Source: Anaerolineae bacterium (GTDB taxonomy: Bacteria > Chloroflexota > Anaerolineae > S016-19). From it: a stretch of DNA of 53,838 nucleotides. Made by a program: the position numbers and the translations under genes. Every line of letters starts with the position of its first letter. Position 1 is the stretch's first letter. The stretch is taken from the NCBI GenBank assembly GCA_027016315.1, contig JALWAP010000283.1:1-53838 (forward strand), read 5' to 3'. Shown piece by piece: positions 39,047 to 48,097 of the stretch. The notes under the pieces are model-generated. The model was not told the DNA's origin and did not search any database. It was given only the letters and a program-made list of their open reading frames with translations.

Positions 39047-39958
39047 ATGTCTCCAATCGACACGATTTACTTTTTCTTGATAAACCCCGTGATAGTTAGC
39101 TTCAAAGTCTTTGGTATCCAGTTCGAGGTGCATTGGTACGGCGTTCTGATCGTCACCGGCATCCTGCTGGCGGCCCTGATAGCCGAGAACATGGCTAAAC
39201 GGAAGGGCGACGATCCGGATCATGTCTGGAACATTTTGATTTATGCACTGATCTTCGGGATCATAGGAGCCAGGCTGTATCACGTCTTCTCCAGACCGAG
39301 CGGAGGGTTCGTCGGATGGCCGTACTACCGCCAGCACCCGCTGGAGATCATCGCCTTCTGGCATGGCGGATTCCGCGGGCTTGGCATATACGGAGCGATC
39401 ATCGGTGGCGTTCTGGCGCTTTGGGTCTACACCAAGATTCACCACCTCGATTTTCTGCGGTGGGCTGACTACGGTGCGCCTGGCATCCTGCTGGCTCAAA
39501 GCATCGGCAGATGGGGCAATTACGTCAATCAGGAACTGTATGGGCCGCCGACGCACCTGCCCTGGGGCATAAAGATCGACGCTGCCCATCGGTTTGGCCC
39601 CTACCTCGATCTCAAAAAGTACCCGGTGGCGACGACAAGATTCCACCCGACGTTCCTGTATGAATCGATCTGGGATTTCCTGGGGTTCGTTCTGCTGTTC
39701 TGGATCAGCAAGAAATGGGACAAAAAGCTCAGAGATGGAGACCTGATACTCATGTACCTGATCTACTACCCGTTCGGTCGGTTCTGGATCGAGATGCTCC
39801 GGCCTGACGCATGGAAGATCGGCAGCATGGCGACAGCGCAGATCGTATCGCTGATTTCGATAGCGGTTGGCGTTATCGGCCTCTATCTGAGGCATCGGAA
39901 CTGGCACCCGGAACCGGAAGCCGCCGTCGAGCAAACGCAGTCCGAGGGAGAAAGCTGA
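39047..39958 (+). CDS. lgt: Prolipoprotein diacylglyceryl transferase
   Basis: 303 aa. Motifs HWYGVLI, GARLYHV and GRWGNYVNQELYG. Confidence 0.9.
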   Translation: MSPIDTIYFFLINPVIVSFKVFGIQFEVHWYGVLIVTGILLAALIAENMAKRKGDDPDHVWNILIYALIFGIIGARLYHVFSRPSGGFVGWPYYRQHPLEIIAFWHGGFRGLGIYGAIIGGVLALWVYTKIHHLDFLRWADYGAPGILLAQSIGRWGNYVNQELYGPPTHLPWGIKIDAAHRFGPYLDLKKYPVATTRFHPTFLYESIWDFLGFVLLFWISKKWDKKLRDGDLILMYLIYYPFGRFWIEMLRPDAWKIGSMATAQIVSLISIAVGVIGLYLRHRNWHPEPEAAVEQTQSEGES

Positions 39959-39959
39959 A

Positions 39960-42365
39960 ATGAAGCAAGTCTCATACGAACAGGCACGAAGACGCTGCAA
40001 TCCCGAAGCACTTGGCTTCAAGCTCACATCCGAAATCCCCCCAGCAGATGTCATCATCGGGCAAGAACGGGCCATCAACGCCCTTAAGTTCGGGCTCGAG
40101 ATACAGAAAATCGGCTTCAACATCTACGCTGCAGGCTCTCCCGGCACCGGTAAGACCACGGCAGTCAATAATTTCCTTCAGAAAGTGGCGAAGAAAAAGC
40201 CTACACCGCCCGACTGGTGCTACGTGTACAACTTCCAGGATCCCTACCAGCCCAAAGCTATCGACCTTCCACCCGGCAAAGGGAAGGAATTCAAGTCGGA
40301 TATGCAGGAACTGGTCAAAGAAGCAAAGAAATCCATACAGCAGGCTTTCGAATCGGAAGAATACAGGAAGAAACGGGAGTCGATACTCGACAGCCTCAAG
40401 CGGCGGCAGGAGGAAATCCTTTCCAACGTCGCGAAGACTGCACAGCAGAACCAGTTCCTTTTGCAGACCACGCCCGTGGGGTTTGCCCTGGTGCCGTTGT
40501 TCAGCGGCAAGCCGATGACAGACCAGCAATTCATGAGCCTCAGCCCTCAAACCAGGGAAGAGATTCAGAAAAAGCGGGAAAAACTTGGAGAATTGCTGGA
40601 AAACGCCTTACGGGAAATACACCAACTGGAAAAAGAGGCGACAAAAGAACTGAAAGACCTGGACGACCGTATAACCCTCCATGCCCTTAGGCACCCGATG
40701 GAGGATATACGCGAGAAGTACAGAAACAACGATAAAATCCTGGCATACCTCCAGGAGGTCGAGGACGACATGGTGAAGAACCTCGACAAGTTCCGGGCAC
40801 AGCCTGCACCTCAACAGCCGCCTGCGCCCGGGCTCACGCCGGAAAAAACGTTTTGGCGGCGGTACGAGGTCAACCTGGTGGTGGACAACTCCGGCCTGGA
40901 TGGCGCCCCCGTGGTGATGGAACTGAACCCAACGTACAATAACCTCTTCGGGCGGCTCGAAAAGGAAGCCAGCCTCGGTACCCTCCACACCGACTTCACC
41001 CTCATCAAACCCGGCGCCATGCACCGAGCCAACGGCGGGTACTTGGTGCTGGAGGTGCTGGAAGTGCTGAACAACCTCTTCTCCTGGGATGGGCTCAAGC
41101 GGGCGCTGCGAAACCAGCAAATCATCATCGAAGAAATGGGCGAGCGATTGGGATTCGTCGCCACCAAAGGGCTCAGGCCGGAGCCAATCCCACTGGATGT
41201 AAAGGTCATTCTCATCGGCGATCCGAGGATTTACTACCTGCTATACAATTTCGATGACGACTTCAACGAGCTTTTCAAAGTCAAAGCGGATTTTTCGGAA
41301 GAAATGCCGTTCTCGATGGAGCACGTGCAGGAATACGCCGCTTTTATAAGCTCCATGGTGCAGAAAGAAAACCTCCTTCCGTTTACGGCGGAAGCCGTGG
41401 CGAAAATCGTGGAACAGGGAGGCAGGGCTGTACAGGATCAAAAGAAGCTTTCAGCGAAGTTCTCGCTCATCGCTGATTTGACGAGGGAAGCCACTTTCTG
41501 GGCCCAGTCGGAAGGCTCTGAGGTCGTGGATGGCAGGCACGTGGACAAAGCAATCGAGGAGAAAGTGTACCGCTCGAATCTGATCGAAGAGCGCTTGCGT
41601 GAGATGACCATCCGCGGCTTCATCAAGATCGACACAGAAGGGTCTGTGGTTGGGCAGGTCAACGGCCTTTCCGTGATCGACCTCGGGGATTACTCTTTTG
41701 GTAAGCCTACGCGGATCACAGCATCGCTGGGCGTGGGACGAGCGGGTGTGGTCGACATCGAGCGGGAAGTGGAACTTGCAGGGCCTATCTACAGCAAGGG
41801 CGTGATGATTCTGGAAGGCTTCCTGCACCAGCGATACGCACAGGACAAGCCGCTGACGCTTTCGAGCCGGTTGGTGTTCGAGCAGAGCTATTCCGAGGTC
41901 GAGGGGGACAGCGCCTCCAGCGCAGAGCTATACGCGCTCCTGTCCCGCCTTTCCGACCTCCCCATACGGCAGGACATCGCCGTCACCGGATCGATCAACC
42001 AAAAGGGGGAAATCCAGGCGATCGGAGGCGTGAACGAAAAGATAGAAGGGTTCTTCGACGTGTGCCGGATAAGGGGGTTAACGGGCAATCAGGGGGTGAT
42101 AATCCCTTCGAGCAATGTGGAAAACCTGATGCTGCGGGAAGACGTAGTCGAGGCTATAAAGGACGGCAAATTCCACGTGTATGCGGTAGACACGGTAGAC
42201 GAGGGAATCGAGATACTGACCGGCGTGCCTGCCGGGGAGCCGGACGAATCCGGAGAATACCCGCCGGATACCGTCAACGGCAAAGTAAACGCCAAGCTGG
42301 CACAGCTCGCAGAGAGGCTGCAGGAGTTCGGGAAGGAAAAGGAAAGCGACGAGGGAAAAGAGTAG
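39960..42365 (+). CDS. Lon-like S16 protease with an AAA+ module split by a large helical insertion (LonC / COG1067-type)
   Basis: 801 aa. Walker A GSPGTGKTT near the N-terminus, a charged helical insertion of about 250 aa, and a C-terminal Lon protease domain with the Ser motif EGDSASSAEL and Lys in GGVNEKIEGF. Confidence 0.85.
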   Translation: MKQVSYEQARRRCNPEALGFKLTSEIPPADVIIGQERAINALKFGLEIQKIGFNIYAAGSPGTGKTTAVNNFLQKVAKKKPTPPDWCYVYNFQDPYQPKAIDLPPGKGKEFKSDMQELVKEAKKSIQQAFESEEYRKKRESILDSLKRRQEEILSNVAKTAQQNQFLLQTTPVGFALVPLFSGKPMTDQQFMSLSPQTREEIQKKREKLGELLENALREIHQLEKEATKELKDLDDRITLHALRHPMEDIREKYRNNDKILAYLQEVEDDMVKNLDKFRAQPAPQQPPAPGLTPEKTFWRRYEVNLVVDNSGLDGAPVVMELNPTYNNLFGRLEKEASLGTLHTDFTLIKPGAMHRANGGYLVLEVLEVLNNLFSWDGLKRALRNQQIIIEEMGERLGFVATKGLRPEPIPLDVKVILIGDPRIYYLLYNFDDDFNELFKVKADFSEEMPFSMEHVQEYAAFISSMVQKENLLPFTAEAVAKIVEQGGRAVQDQKKLSAKFSLIADLTREATFWAQSEGSEVVDGRHVDKAIEEKVYRSNLIEERLREMTIRGFIKIDTEGSVVGQVNGLSVIDLGDYSFGKPTRITASLGVGRAGVVDIEREVELAGPIYSKGVMILEGFLHQRYAQDKPLTLSSRLVFEQSYSEVEGDSASSAELYALLSRLSDLPIRQDIAVTGSINQKGEIQAIGGVNEKIEGFFDVCRIRGLTGNQGVIIPSSNVENLMLREDVVEAIKDGKFHVYAVDTVDEGIEILTGVPAGEPDESGEYPPDTVNGKVNAKLAQLAERLQEFGKEKESDEGKE

Positions 42366-42410
42366 CCAGAACATCAATCGGGGCACTGTCACCGAACTAC
42401 GATCCCGATT

Positions 42411-42440
42411 CTTGACAGATCAAGGCATCGTGGGTATAAT
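42411..42440 (+). promoter_or_regulatory. Promoter, TTGACA-N18-TATAAT
   Basis: Exact consensus hexamers, with the -10 ending 15 nt before tRNA-Leu. Confidence 0.65.
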
Positions 42441-42454
42441 GCGACTTGCAATGT

Positions 42455-42537
42455 GCCCCCGTGGTGGAATTGGTATACACGGCAGGTTGAGGGCCTGTGC
42501 CCATAAGGGCGTGCCCGTTCGAGTCGGGCCGGGGGCA
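42455..42537 (+). tRNA. tRNA-Leu (anticodon GAG), class II with a long variable arm
   Basis: Manual fold: acceptor GCCCCCG/CGGGGGC, anticodon stem-loop GCAGG-TTGAGGG-CCTGT, variable arm GCCC-ATAA-GGGC, T arm GCCCG-TTCGAGT-CGGGC. CCA is not encoded. Confidence 0.9.
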
Positions 42538-42541
42538 CTGA

Positions 42542-42569
42542 AAATCCCGCCATTTAGGCGGGATTTTTT
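42542..42569 (+). terminator. Intrinsic terminator after tRNA-Leu
   Basis: AATCCCGCC-ATTT-AGGCGGGATT followed by TTTT. Confidence 0.75.
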
Positions 42570-42612
42570 GATGTGCAGGGCTTGCCGAGCCCGTGTTTCG
42601 GGTATCAGAATT

Positions 42613-42640
42613 TTGACACGGGCAAAAGTACAGGTATAAT
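42613..42640 (+). promoter_or_regulatory. Promoter, TTGACA-N16-TATAAT
   Basis: Exact consensus hexamers, with the -10 ending 12 nt before tRNA-Asn. Confidence 0.65.
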
Positions 42641-42651
42641 AGCGGCTGTGA

Positions 42652-42724
42652 TCCTCGGTAGCTCAATTGGCAGAGCAGCCGGCTGTTAACCGGCGGGTTG
42701 TAGGTTCGAGTCCTACCCGAGGAG
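42652..42724 (+). tRNA. tRNA-Asn (anticodon GTT)
   Basis: Manual fold: acceptor TCCTCGG/CCGAGGA, D arm GCTC-AATTGGCA-GAGC, anticodon arm GCCGG-CTGTTAA-CCGGC, T arm GTAGG-TTCGAGT-CCTAC. Confidence 0.9.
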
Positions 42725-42842
42725 CTATGCTGGGTCCGAGTTCCACTTCCCTTTTTCTATTATCCTCTTTACTTCCAGGCTCAATGGAGAGATGTTCCTC
42801 AAGCGTAGTTGGTGTATAATCCCTCCGGAGGCCGATCGAATC

Positions 42843-45641
42843 ATGGGGAACGAGAACCAAAAGTATGATGCCCGCGTGCCGGATACCGGCACCTCCGATG
42901 CCCTGCTCCGCAGCCGCGTCCTCGGGTTTGCGGTCGACGCCCTGGTTCTGCTGGCGATCGCCCTCCTCATGTTGCGTCCTCTGGCGTTGACGAACTTGAT
43001 CCCTGGGAGCGGCGATGTATTCGACTATTTCATTCCGTATCGGGCGTACGCCGCTCACGCATTGCGCAGCGGCCGCGTTCCCCTTTGGGACCCGTACCTG
43101 TTTATGGGAGTCCCGTTTCTCGCCAACATCCAGGCGGCGGTGCTCTACCCCCTCCATTGGCCGCTCATTTCCCTGAATCCCGGACGCGCCGTGGCATGGT
43201 CGATGGTTTTGCACATTTACCTGCTCGCGCTCTTCACCTACCTCTACGCCAGGGTCTCTGCAGGGTCGAGCCGAACGGGCGCCCTCACAGCCGGAACCCT
43301 TCTCGCGTTTGGAGGGTTCGTTTCAGGTGCGGCGATGCACCTGAACCAGCTCAACGTTTTCGCCTGGTTCCCGCTCGCCCTGCTCCTGTGGGATGTGGCA
43401 ATCGATGGCAGAGCCTTTGTTGGCACCGTAGGGCTGAGCGTAATCATCGCGATGATGCTGCTCGCTGGACACACCCAGGCCACTTTCATCTCCCTGGTTG
43501 GGATCGGGCTGTACGGAGGATGGCGTGCGTGGGTCTCGCATCGCCTCGCCAAAGGGGAACCGGGCAAAGAACGATCGAGAGCAGATGTGACCAGACGAGG
43601 CAAATGGAGCGTACTTCGATCCGCAGGTTCGGGTGCCTTCGGGAGAGCAGCAACGGCATACCTCGGTGCCGGAACCATTGCTGCACTGCTTTCGGCAGCC
43701 CAACTGCTGCCAACGCTGGAGCTTTCCCGTTATTCGCTCAGGCAAGGCGGACTGACTTACCGCCAGGTGGTTTCCTTCTCCCTCCACCCCACCAAGCTCC
43801 TGTGGACGCTCCTGCCACCCTACGGGGTCGATCTTTCGCAGAAATTCGGCACAGCAGCCTTCAGCGAGTACGTGGCCTACCTGCCGATCCTCGGATGGTT
43901 TCTGGTGGTGGTGGGAATCCTATGGCTGTTCGGCAAATCCAGTGGCAAGGCATCCGCTCTCAGAGATAGCCAGAAGTTCTACCCGATGGTAGCCCTTGTC
44001 GGGTTCTTGCTGGCGCTGGGCGGATACGACCCGGTTTACTACCTCCTCTACAAAGCAGTCCCTGGCTTTGATCTGTTCAGGGCGCCAGCCAGGTGGATGT
44101 TCCTGGCGAGCTTCGGGCTTGCGATGAGTGCCGGGGTAGGAATGGACGCCCTTCCACTGCCGAGCCGGACGAACATCCGCCCTCTCGCGAGGTTGTTGCT
44201 CTTCGCCGCCTTGATCGTGGAGCTGAAAGTCGCCATCCATGCAATGCCGATCTCCCACCCGACCGCACCAGAGGCGCTTAAGTCCATGCGAAACCCGGTC
44301 GCTTTCCTGTTGAGCGATCCTTCCGTAGCCTGGGGTGGAAACAGGGACGATGACGATACCTCAAACGGGATGTCGGGGCCCGGCCGGGTCCTCAGCATCT
44401 CCGGCATCCGATTCGATCCCGGTGACCTGCAGGCGCTAAAGGAGAGCTTTTCTCCGTACCTGACCAGGCAGGGCATGTACGACCTGATCGTGGACACGAA
44501 AGAGAAAGAAATCGTCGCTCCGAACCTATCCCTCTATTTCGGCATCCAGGCCGTCGATGGGTACGACGGCGGACTCCTACCGCTCAAGCGATACAACGAA
44601 CTGCTGCACCTGTTCCTGCCGGAAAAGGAAATCGTGCCGGATGGCAGGCTGAGGGAACAGCTGAAGCGGATTCCCCCACAAAGGCTGCTCGATCTGCTCA
44701 ACGTGAAATATGTGATCACGGACAAAGTCTACGACAAATGGATCGACGGGAAATACTTCGACCTTCAGCAGACGGCGACTGTCGACAGAGCCACAGATCT
44801 GGCTTTGAACGACCTGCCATCCCGCCCCATCACGCACATCGGCGTCGTCTGGAGCGGCGGGGGCGGAAAAGTGGAAGCCATCTCCACCGATGGGCGTACT
44901 TATCGGTGGAATCTGTCCGGCGGGACCGATCGCCGGATCGAGCTTCCGGGCGGTAAGCCCGCAACGCTAACCGTTCTTCCGATTCCTAGTTCCAGCGACA
45001 TTTGCGCCCTCGTGGTCCTGAAAGCAATTCGCATCCACAGTGATGGGCGTGTCGCCATCCACGGGGTCACGGTCTGGGACGAAAGGACTGGATCTCACTG
45101 GGCTGTTTCGATCCCTCGGCCCTCGAACCTGGAAAGGGTGTTCTCCGGGGACGTGAAGATCTATCGAAACCTGGACTTTCTGCCGCGGGCTTACTTCGTA
45201 CGAGAAGTCAGGTGCGTCGAATCGGATGATGAGGCTCTGAAATTGATGGCGGACGTCGGCTTTGAACCGTCCAGGCTGGCTATCCTGGACGCGCCGGAGA
45301 AAGCGTGCGCCGCAGCGAACCGGACGGACGTGAACGCGAGCGTGAAGATCGTGAAATACGAGCCCGAGCGCATCGAACTGATGACTCAATCCGACGAAGA
45401 CGCTTATCTCGTGCTCTCCGATTCGTACTACCCCGGTTGGAAGGCAAAAGTGGACGGCGTCGAGGTCCCAATCGTCAGGGCAGACGTGCTTTTCCGCGCC
45501 GTCAAAGTTCCACGCGGGCAGCACAAAGTGGAGTTCGTGTACGACCCGCGAACGTGGAAAGCGGGAGCAGCGATATCCATCGCCACGGTGCTTTCGCTGG
45601 TGATCGTCGGTGGGTTCTTCCTGCTCCACTCCCGGCGGTGA
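42843..45641 (+). CDS. YfhO-family polytopic membrane protein (putative glycosyltransferase) with a large C-terminal extracytoplasmic domain
   Basis: 932 aa counted from ATG 42843. The N-terminal region (DYFIPYRAYAAHALRSGRVPLWDPYLFMGVPFLAN) and the many TM segments are typical of YfhO. There is a final TM helix at the C-terminus. Confidence 0.75.
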   Translation: MGNENQKYDARVPDTGTSDALLRSRVLGFAVDALVLLAIALLMLRPLALTNLIPGSGDVFDYFIPYRAYAAHALRSGRVPLWDPYLFMGVPFLANIQAAVLYPLHWPLISLNPGRAVAWSMVLHIYLLALFTYLYARVSAGSSRTGALTAGTLLAFGGFVSGAAMHLNQLNVFAWFPLALLLWDVAIDGRAFVGTVGLSVIIAMMLLAGHTQATFISLVGIGLYGGWRAWVSHRLAKGEPGKERSRADVTRRGKWSVLRSAGSGAFGRAATAYLGAGTIAALLSAAQLLPTLELSRYSLRQGGLTYRQVVSFSLHPTKLLWTLLPPYGVDLSQKFGTAAFSEYVAYLPILGWFLVVVGILWLFGKSSGKASALRDSQKFYPMVALVGFLLALGGYDPVYYLLYKAVPGFDLFRAPARWMFLASFGLAMSAGVGMDALPLPSRTNIRPLARLLLFAALIVELKVAIHAMPISHPTAPEALKSMRNPVAFLLSDPSVAWGGNRDDDDTSNGMSGPGRVLSISGIRFDPGDLQALKESFSPYLTRQGMYDLIVDTKEKEIVAPNLSLYFGIQAVDGYDGGLLPLKRYNELLHLFLPEKEIVPDGRLREQLKRIPPQRLLDLLNVKYVITDKVYDKWIDGKYFDLQQTATVDRATDLALNDLPSRPITHIGVVWSGGGGKVEAISTDGRTYRWNLSGGTDRRIELPGGKPATLTVLPIPSSSDICALVVLKAIRIHSDGRVAIHGVTVWDERTGSHWAVSIPRPSNLERVFSGDVKIYRNLDFLPRAYFVREVRCVESDDEALKLMADVGFEPSRLAILDAPEKACAAANRTDVNASVKIVKYEPERIELMTQSDEDAYLVLSDSYYPGWKAKVDGVEVPIVRADVLFRAVKVPRGQHKVEFVYDPRTWKAGAAISIATVLSLVIVGGFFLLHSRR

Positions 45642-45651
45642 GAGAAAACCC

Positions 45652-46308
45652 TCACCCCGGCGGGAGAATCCCCTTTGACGCGAGCACCAGAAACGGGTTT
45701 TCCCTGCGCTCGCGGCCTATCGTGGTCGGCTGACCATGTCCTGGGTAAACCGTGTAGTCATCCGGCAGCGAAAGAAGCTTTTCCTCGATGCTCCGAATGA
45801 GGTCGTGGGCGTTGCCTCCGGTGAAGTCAGACCGCCCGACCGTGTTGTAGAGCAAAGTATCCCCGGTGAAGACAGCTCTTTCTCTGTGCCAGACGAACGA
45901 CACCCCTCCCGGCGAATGCCCAGGTGTGTGCCTGACCTCCAGTTCCTCGTCTCCGAATCGGATTATGTCACCATCTTGAAGGAATCCATCCGGAGGAGGC
46001 AGTGGGCGGAATTTCTGTTGCGTCCACGCTTCCCCCCGCTCATGCGCTATCTCAACGAGGAAAAGATCGCCCCGGTGCACGAAATACGGTGCGCCCGTTG
46101 CTTCCTTCAACGCAGGCACAGCGAGTACGTGATCGAAATGGCCGTGGGTCAGCAGAATCCTGGAAAGCTCGAGCCCGTTTTCCTCGAGCAGGGAGAGAAT
46201 CCCGGCTGGATTGTCCCCAGGGTCCACGACCACCGCCTCGCCAGAGTCAGAAGCGAGCACGTAGCAATTGACTTTCAGCAGCCCGACCACCAGCTTGAAC
46301 AGCTTCAT
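45652..46308 (-). CDS. MBL-fold metallo-hydrolase (glyoxalase II-like)
   Basis: 218 aa with the THGHFDH motif. Confidence 0.85.
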   Translation of the reverse strand: MKLFKLVVGLLKVNCYVLASDSGEAVVVDPGDNPAGILSLLEENGLELSRILLTHGHFDHVLAVPALKEATGAPYFVHRGDLFLVEIAHERGEAWTQQKFRPLPPPDGFLQDGDIIRFGDEELEVRHTPGHSPGGVSFVWHRERAVFTGDTLLYNTVGRSDFTGGNAHDLIRSIEEKLLSLPDDYTVYPGHGQPTTIGRERRENPFLVLASKGILPPG

Positions 46309-46820
46309 GAGCCCTCTTGCTCCCGGTACAACCGACCGTACAGCACGTAATGCTCCGCGTTTTCCCTGGTTCTTGCGGCAAGCTCTGGCGATACCTCTTT
46401 GACGACTTTCGCAGGCACCCCAAGGGCCAGCGTGTGCGGTGGGATTTCCATCCCTTCAGGCACCAATGCCCCCGCACCCACAACCGCCCCCTCGCCGATC
46501 CTGGCACCGTTCAGCACGATAGCTCCTATCCCGATGAGCGCATCGTCCTCCACGATCGCCCCGTGGATGATCGCCCCGTGCCCGACCGTCACCCTGTTGC
46601 CGATTCTGGCCGGCACACCTGCGTCCACATGGACGACGGCGTTGTCCTGGATGCTGGTCTCTTCGCCTATGGTGATGGTATCGATATCGCCCCTGAGCAC
46701 GGCGCCGTACCAGATGCTGGAGCGCGCTCCAATCGAGACATGCCCGAGGACCGTCGCCGTAGGCGCGACGAATGCCGTCTCGTCGATGAGTTCCGGATGG
46801 TGTTTCGTGTCTACTTCCAT
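46305..46820 (-). CDS. Gamma-carbonic-anhydrase-like / hexapeptide-repeat protein (YrdA/PaaY family)
   Basis: 171 aa with left-handed beta-helix hexapeptide repeats. The region IWYGAVLRGD...IGEETSIQDNAVVH is typical of the family. Confidence 0.85.
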   Translation of the reverse strand: MEVDTKHHPELIDETAFVAPTATVLGHVSIGARSSIWYGAVLRGDIDTITIGEETSIQDNAVVHVDAGVPARIGNRVTVGHGAIIHGAIVEDDALIGIGAIVLNGARIGEGAVVGAGALVPEGMEIPPHTLALGVPAKVVKEVSPELAARTRENAEHYVLYGRLYREQEGS

Positions 46821-46878
46821 GCCATTCCCTCCGTACCTCCGAGATAGGCCTAGGCCTGATGCCTACACTGCCGTGGTC

Positions 46879-47136
46879 TCATGTTTCGTCGCCCGTATCC
46901 AGCGATTCTTCCTGATCGTCCGACTCGATCAAAGCCCTCGCCTCGTCCGCCATCTCGGCGGGGACCTGGACTTTCACCGCCCCGAGGCCATCCACGGTGA
47001 CGCCGAAGATAAGGCCCGCGCTTTCGTAACTCAAAAGCACCGGTATCCCTGCGCTTTCCAGTTTGCTCTTGAGCACCTGGGCCGGGAGCATCCCGGAAGT
47101 GACCGCCACAGTTTCCAACTTCAGATCTTCTTTCAT
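46879..47136 (-). CDS. Small DUF2007-like protein (putative signal-transducing fold)
   Basis: 85 aa counted from ATG 47136. ATGA overlap with the DUF72 gene stop. The pattern ...AQVLKSKLESAGIPV... is typical of DUF2007. Confidence 0.55.
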   Translation of the reverse strand: MKEDLKLETVAVTSGMLPAQVLKSKLESAGIPVLLSYESAGLIFGVTVDGLGAVKVQVPAEMADEARALIESDDQEESLDTGDET

Positions 47137-47858
47137 CGTTTTTCCAACATCTCCATGAATCTGGTGGCATCCTCTGCCATGTAAACGTTGTTGAAAAGAC
47201 AATAGACCTCATCGAATTCGCTGCACAAGCCCAGAAGGTGACGTAAATCCTCGTCCGTGTACCTGTAGCGATATCCACCACGCCCGTGCAGCCTGAAATA
47301 AGCAGTGCCCCTGGTCTCCGGCATGCGCTTGAACGGATCGACCACGTCTATCAGATTGAGTTCTTCGTCTATCCTGCGAACCAGCGATGCAGGCCACTTT
47401 CCTCTTGGTTCCCACCCGAACGCGAACCCGTGTCTTTCGACATTGCCGAAGAACCGATAAACATTTTCCACGTTTTCCTCCGTCGGCGCAAAGCTTGCAG
47501 GAGTCTGAAACACCACCACTCTCGCCCGGAGGATGGACGCGACCCGGGCAGTGGTCTCCCACGCTTCCATCACCTCGTCGGTGGGACGGAAATAGCCGAA
47601 TCTATCGGGGGAGGCGGGTAGGTCGATCCCCGCCTTGCGGTAGGTAGGCGAGCTCGGCGGATGGGTGATCAACTGCCACGCTTTCACCGTGAACGTGAAG
47701 TCATCGGGTGCCTGAAGACGCCACCGTTCGGCTGTCTCTACCCTGGGAGGTTTGTAAAAAGTCTTTTGCACCTCCAGCAAGCGGAACGTGGAAAAGTATT
47801 CGCTTTGCCTAAGGCAAAAGCCACAACACCCGACGTGGATGCGATTCCACTCTACCAT
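47133..47858 (-). CDS. DUF72 (YecE-like) protein
   Basis: 241 aa counted from ATG 47858, with RBS GAGGTGG. The motifs IHVGCCGF..., F..LEVQKTFY and YFRLHG are characteristic of DUF72. Confidence 0.8.
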   Translation of the reverse strand: MVEWNRIHVGCCGFCLRQSEYFSTFRLLEVQKTFYKPPRVETAERWRLQAPDDFTFTVKAWQLITHPPSSPTYRKAGIDLPASPDRFGYFRPTDEVMEAWETTARVASILRARVVVFQTPASFAPTEENVENVYRFFGNVERHGFAFGWEPRGKWPASLVRRIDEELNLIDVVDPFKRMPETRGTAYFRLHGRGGYRYRYTDEDLRHLLGLCSEFDEVYCLFNNVYMAEDATRFMEMLEKR

Positions 47859-48035
47859 AATATGTTCCCACCTCGATTGTATCACAAAAAACGGAGATAC
47901 ATGGCAATCAAGATACACACAAGGTATTCGTGTGAAAAGCCTCCTGGCACCTCCACCTCCGTTGAAAAGATTCTATTCCCGTGGGATCGCACTATACCGG
48001 TCTTAAAGCGGCTCGATTCTACAAATCAAACCATA

Positions 48036-48070
48036 AACAGAAAGGAGGCGAAGATCACGAAAACTTCGCC
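48036..48070 (-). terminator. Terminator-like hairpin after the LysM/CBM-like gene
   Basis: On the minus strand: GGCGAAG-TTTTCGTGAT-CTTCGCC followed by the T-rich stretch TCCTTTCTGTTT. Confidence 0.5.
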
Positions 48071-48097
48071 ACCTTTCGATTCCAGAGAGAAGAGCCC

